Below, piece after piece: positions 62,089-64,000 of a stretch of 64,000 nt of DNA. Source of the stretch: Rhodospirillaceae bacterium. GTDB lineage: Bacteria > Pseudomonadota > Alphaproteobacteria > UBA6615. The notes beneath the pieces are model-generated. The model saw only the letters and a list, made by a program, of their open reading frames with translations. It ran no database searches and was not told the DNA's origin. The stretch lies in the NCBI GenBank assembly GCA_038140435.1, contig JAYQGE010000002.1, forward strand, positions 9,218 through 73,217, read 5' to 3'. Each line of letters opens with the position of its first letter. Positions within the stretch are counted from its first letter, which is position 1. The translations under genes were made by a program, and so were the position numbers.

Positions 62089-62571
62089 ATGGCGATCAAC
62101 AAAGGCGACAAGATTCCGGCGAGCGCGCTCGCCCACAAGACGGCGGACGGTATTGATCAGGTTTCGACCGACGACCTGTTCGGCGGCAAGAAGGTGGTTC
62201 TGTTCTCGGTGCCGGGGGCGTTCACTCCGACCTGTTCCGCGCAGCATCTGCCGGGCTTCGTCGAGAAGGCGGGAGAGATCAAGGCCAAGGGCGTCGATAC
62301 GATCGCCTGCATGGCCGTCAACGACCCGTTCGTCATGGAAGCGTGGGGCAAGGATCAGTCGGTGGGTGACAACGTGATGATGCTCGCCGATGGCTCTGCG
62401 GCCTTCACCAAGCAGCTCGGGATGGAGCTGGACCTGGTCGATCGCGGGCTCGGCGTGCGCAGCCAGCGCTTCGCCATGATCGTTGACGACGGCACGGTGA
62501 CCGAGGTGCTGCTCGACGAGGCAGGCGCCTTCGAGAAGAGCTCCGCCGAGAGCGTGCTCGAGCATCTCTAG
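62089..62571 (+). CDS. Peroxiredoxin, Prx5-like subfamily (AhpC/TSA).
   Basis: It has the peroxidatic Cys motif PGAFTPTCS. It is 160 aa and has a GAGGAG ribosome-binding site. Confidence 0.85.
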   Translation: MAINKGDKIPASALAHKTADGIDQVSTDDLFGGKKVVLFSVPGAFTPTCSAQHLPGFVEKAGEIKAKGVDTIACMAVNDPFVMEAWGKDQSVGDNVMMLADGSAAFTKQLGMELDLVDRGLGVRSQRFAMIVDDGTVTEVLLDEAGAFEKSSAESVLEHL

Positions 62572-62595
62572 GCGCAACCACGCGTGAATGCTGAA

Positions 62596-62632
62596 ACGGG
62601 GGCCCTCACGGTCCCCGTTTTCATGTCCGGGG
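62596..62632. terminator. Probable bidirectional rho-independent terminator between the convergent peroxiredoxin and rnhA genes.
   Basis: Hairpin GAAACGGGGGCC-CTCAC-GGTCCCCGTTTTC. It is flanked by T-rich tracts on both strands. Confidence 0.45.
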
Positions 62633-62636
62633 CTAT

Positions 62637-63074
62637 CTATCCCAGTCGGGTGATGGCGTTGCGCGCGAGCTCGTCCGCGCGTTCGTTGTCCGGATGTCCG
62701 GCATGGCCCTTGACCCAGTGCCAGTCGATCTCATGCCGTTCCATGGCCGCCTCGAGGCGTTTCCAGAGATCGACATTCTTGACCGGCTTCTTCGCCGCCG
62801 TCTTCCAGCCGTTCCGCTTCCAGTTGTGGATCCAGCTGGTGATGCCGTCTCGGACATAGGTGGAATCTGTAAACAGGTCGACGGGCGAGGGCTGCCGCAG
62901 TTCCTCGAGCGCCGCGATCGCCGCCATCAACTCCATGCGGTTGTTGGTCGTCTCCGGCTCGCCGCCGGAGAGTTCCTTCTCATGCTCGCCGGACCGCAGG
63001 ATCGCGCCCCATCCGCCCGGGCCGGGATTCCCGGAACACGCGCCGTCGGTGTAGATCACGATCCGTTCGCTCAT
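62637..63074 (-). CDS. rnhA: Ribonuclease HI.
   Basis: It has a [19 protein letters not shown]-terminus and the DEDD catalytic residues. It is 145 aa. Confidence 0.95.
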   Translation of the reverse strand: MSERIVIYTDGACSGNPGPGGWGAILRSGEHEKELSGGEPETTNNRMELMAAIAALEELRQPSPVDLFTDSTYVRDGITSWIHNWKRNGWKTAAKKPVKNVDLWKRLEAAMERHEIDWHWVKGHAGHPDNERADELARNAITRLG

Positions 63075-64000
63075 CCGTTCACATCCTCGAAGCTGACGCC
63101 GTAGGCGCCGGGGCCGTCCACCTGCTGGTGGAAGCGCAGACGGCCCAGGAACTGTTTCGGATCCTTGGGCTGCACATAGGCCGCGGCGTCGTGATTGATC
63201 CAGTCGTAAAGCCGCGTTAGCAGGAAGCGCAGGGCGCTGCCCCGGGCGAGCAGCGGCAGCGCGTCATATTCCGCGCGGGTAATTGGGCGTACGCCCGCAT
63301 AGCCGCGCAGCAGCGCGCGCGCCTTCGTGACGTTCAGGCTGTGGTCGGGCTCGAAGCACCAGGCGTTGATGCAGATCGCAAGGTCGTAGGCCAGCGCATC
63401 GTTGCAGGCGAAATAGAAGTCGATCAGGCCCGAGAGCCGGTCGCCCAGGAAGAAGACATTGTCGGGAAACAGGTCGGCATGGATGATCCCGTCCGGAAGA
63501 TCGTCGGGCCAGAGGTTTGCCGTGTGCTCGAACTCCGCCGCGATCACCGCCGCGAGCCCGTCCACGACCGTGTCGGCCCGGTCACGGGTTTCCTCCATGA
63601 GGCCTTTCCAGCTCGCGACCGACATGCTGTTCGGCCGATTCCCGTCGAAGCTCTGCCCGGCCTCGTGCATCCGGGCCATCGCCGCGCCGAGCTCGGCGCA
63701 ATGCGCGGGCGTGCTCTTTTTCGGCCAGATGCCCGACAGAAACGAGACGATCGCCGCCGGGCGGCCGGCGAGCTTGCGCAGCGCCGCGCCGTCGCGCCCG
63801 TGAATGGGCGTCGGGCAGGAGATGCCGTTCTCGGCGAGATGGTCCATCAGTCCCAGGAAATAGGGGAGATCGTCGGGACTGACCCGCTTCTCGTAGAGGG
63901 TCAGGATATAGCTCTGGGGGGCGGCTCCGTCGCCGGCCACGGTCTGGAGCAGATAATTCGTGTTCTCGACACCCTCGGCGATCCCCTTGAACGAGACGAC
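63071..64000 (-). CDS. thrB: Homoserine kinase, type II (APH-fold ThrB). Partial: the N-terminus runs off the right edge of the window.
   Basis: It has an APH-like kinase fold ([11 protein letters not shown]). The reading frame continues past 63940 to the window end and encodes a typical ThrB N-terminus (…[17 protein letters not shown]). It overlaps rnhA by 4 bp. Confidence 0.85.
   Translation of the reverse strand, partial: VVSFKGIAEGVENTNYLLQTVAGDGAAPQSYILTLYEKRVSPDDLPYFLGLMDHLAENGISCPTPIHGRDGAALRKLAGRPAAIVSFLSGIWPKKSTPAHCAELGAAMARMHEAGQSFDGNRPNSMSVASWKGLMEETRDRADTVVDGLAAVIAAEFEHTANLWPDDLPDGIIHADLFPDNVFFLGDRLSGLIDFYFACNDALAYDLAICINAWCFEPDHSLNVTKARALLRGYAGVRPITRAEYDALPLLARGSALRFLLTRLYDWINHDAAAYVQPKDPKQFLGRLRFHQQVDGPGAYGVSFEDVNG

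Overview
The window reads as chromosomal core DNA from a high-GC (about 67%) alphaproteobacterium. It is densely packed on both strands with about 60 protein-coding genes. Many adjacent genes overlap by 4 bp (ATGA-type), which suggests translational coupling. Several recognisable conserved blocks are present. egtB-egtD would make ergothioneine. ribF-ileS-lspA is followed by a DUF3035 lipoprotein gene and a pair of M16 peptidase genes. pgi-mutL lie together, and rsmD, a pseudouridine synthase gene and a C26 amidotransferase gene are co-directional. purD and xseA are divergent, followed by an M23 peptidase gene. msbA-waaA-lpxK form a lipid A/Kdo block. pmbA, a MAPEG gene, ubiD, ubiA, rsmE and gshA lie in one stretch. 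There is an emrAB-like efflux pair. The aa3 cytochrome oxidase cluster is complete (ctaC-ctaD-ctaB-coxF-like-ctaG-ctaE-DUF983-SURF1). thrC is followed by an MPP-like M16 peptidase gene and a GNAT gene. A dsbD gene and a Prx5-type peroxiredoxin gene sit near an algH/yqgE gene. rnhA-thrB runs off the right edge. I found no rRNA, tRNA, CRISPR array, transposase, integrase or phage genes. The many long ORFs antisense to real genes are the usual artefact of high-GC DNA. I could not identify a convincing novel multi-gene system. The most unusual elements are listed as findings. They are an orphan LeuA-family synthase with a novel N-terminal extension, a zinc-ribbon SAM methyltransferase plus a CMD-family gene divergent from the lipid A operon, a glutathione-related gene neighbourhood, and strong palindromes upstream of emrAB. 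There is also an AT-rich island upstream of a MaoC dehydratase gene, and several uncharacterised small ORFs. Coordinates come from the ORF track. Positions I counted by hand, such as hairpins and palindromes, may be off by 1-2 nt.
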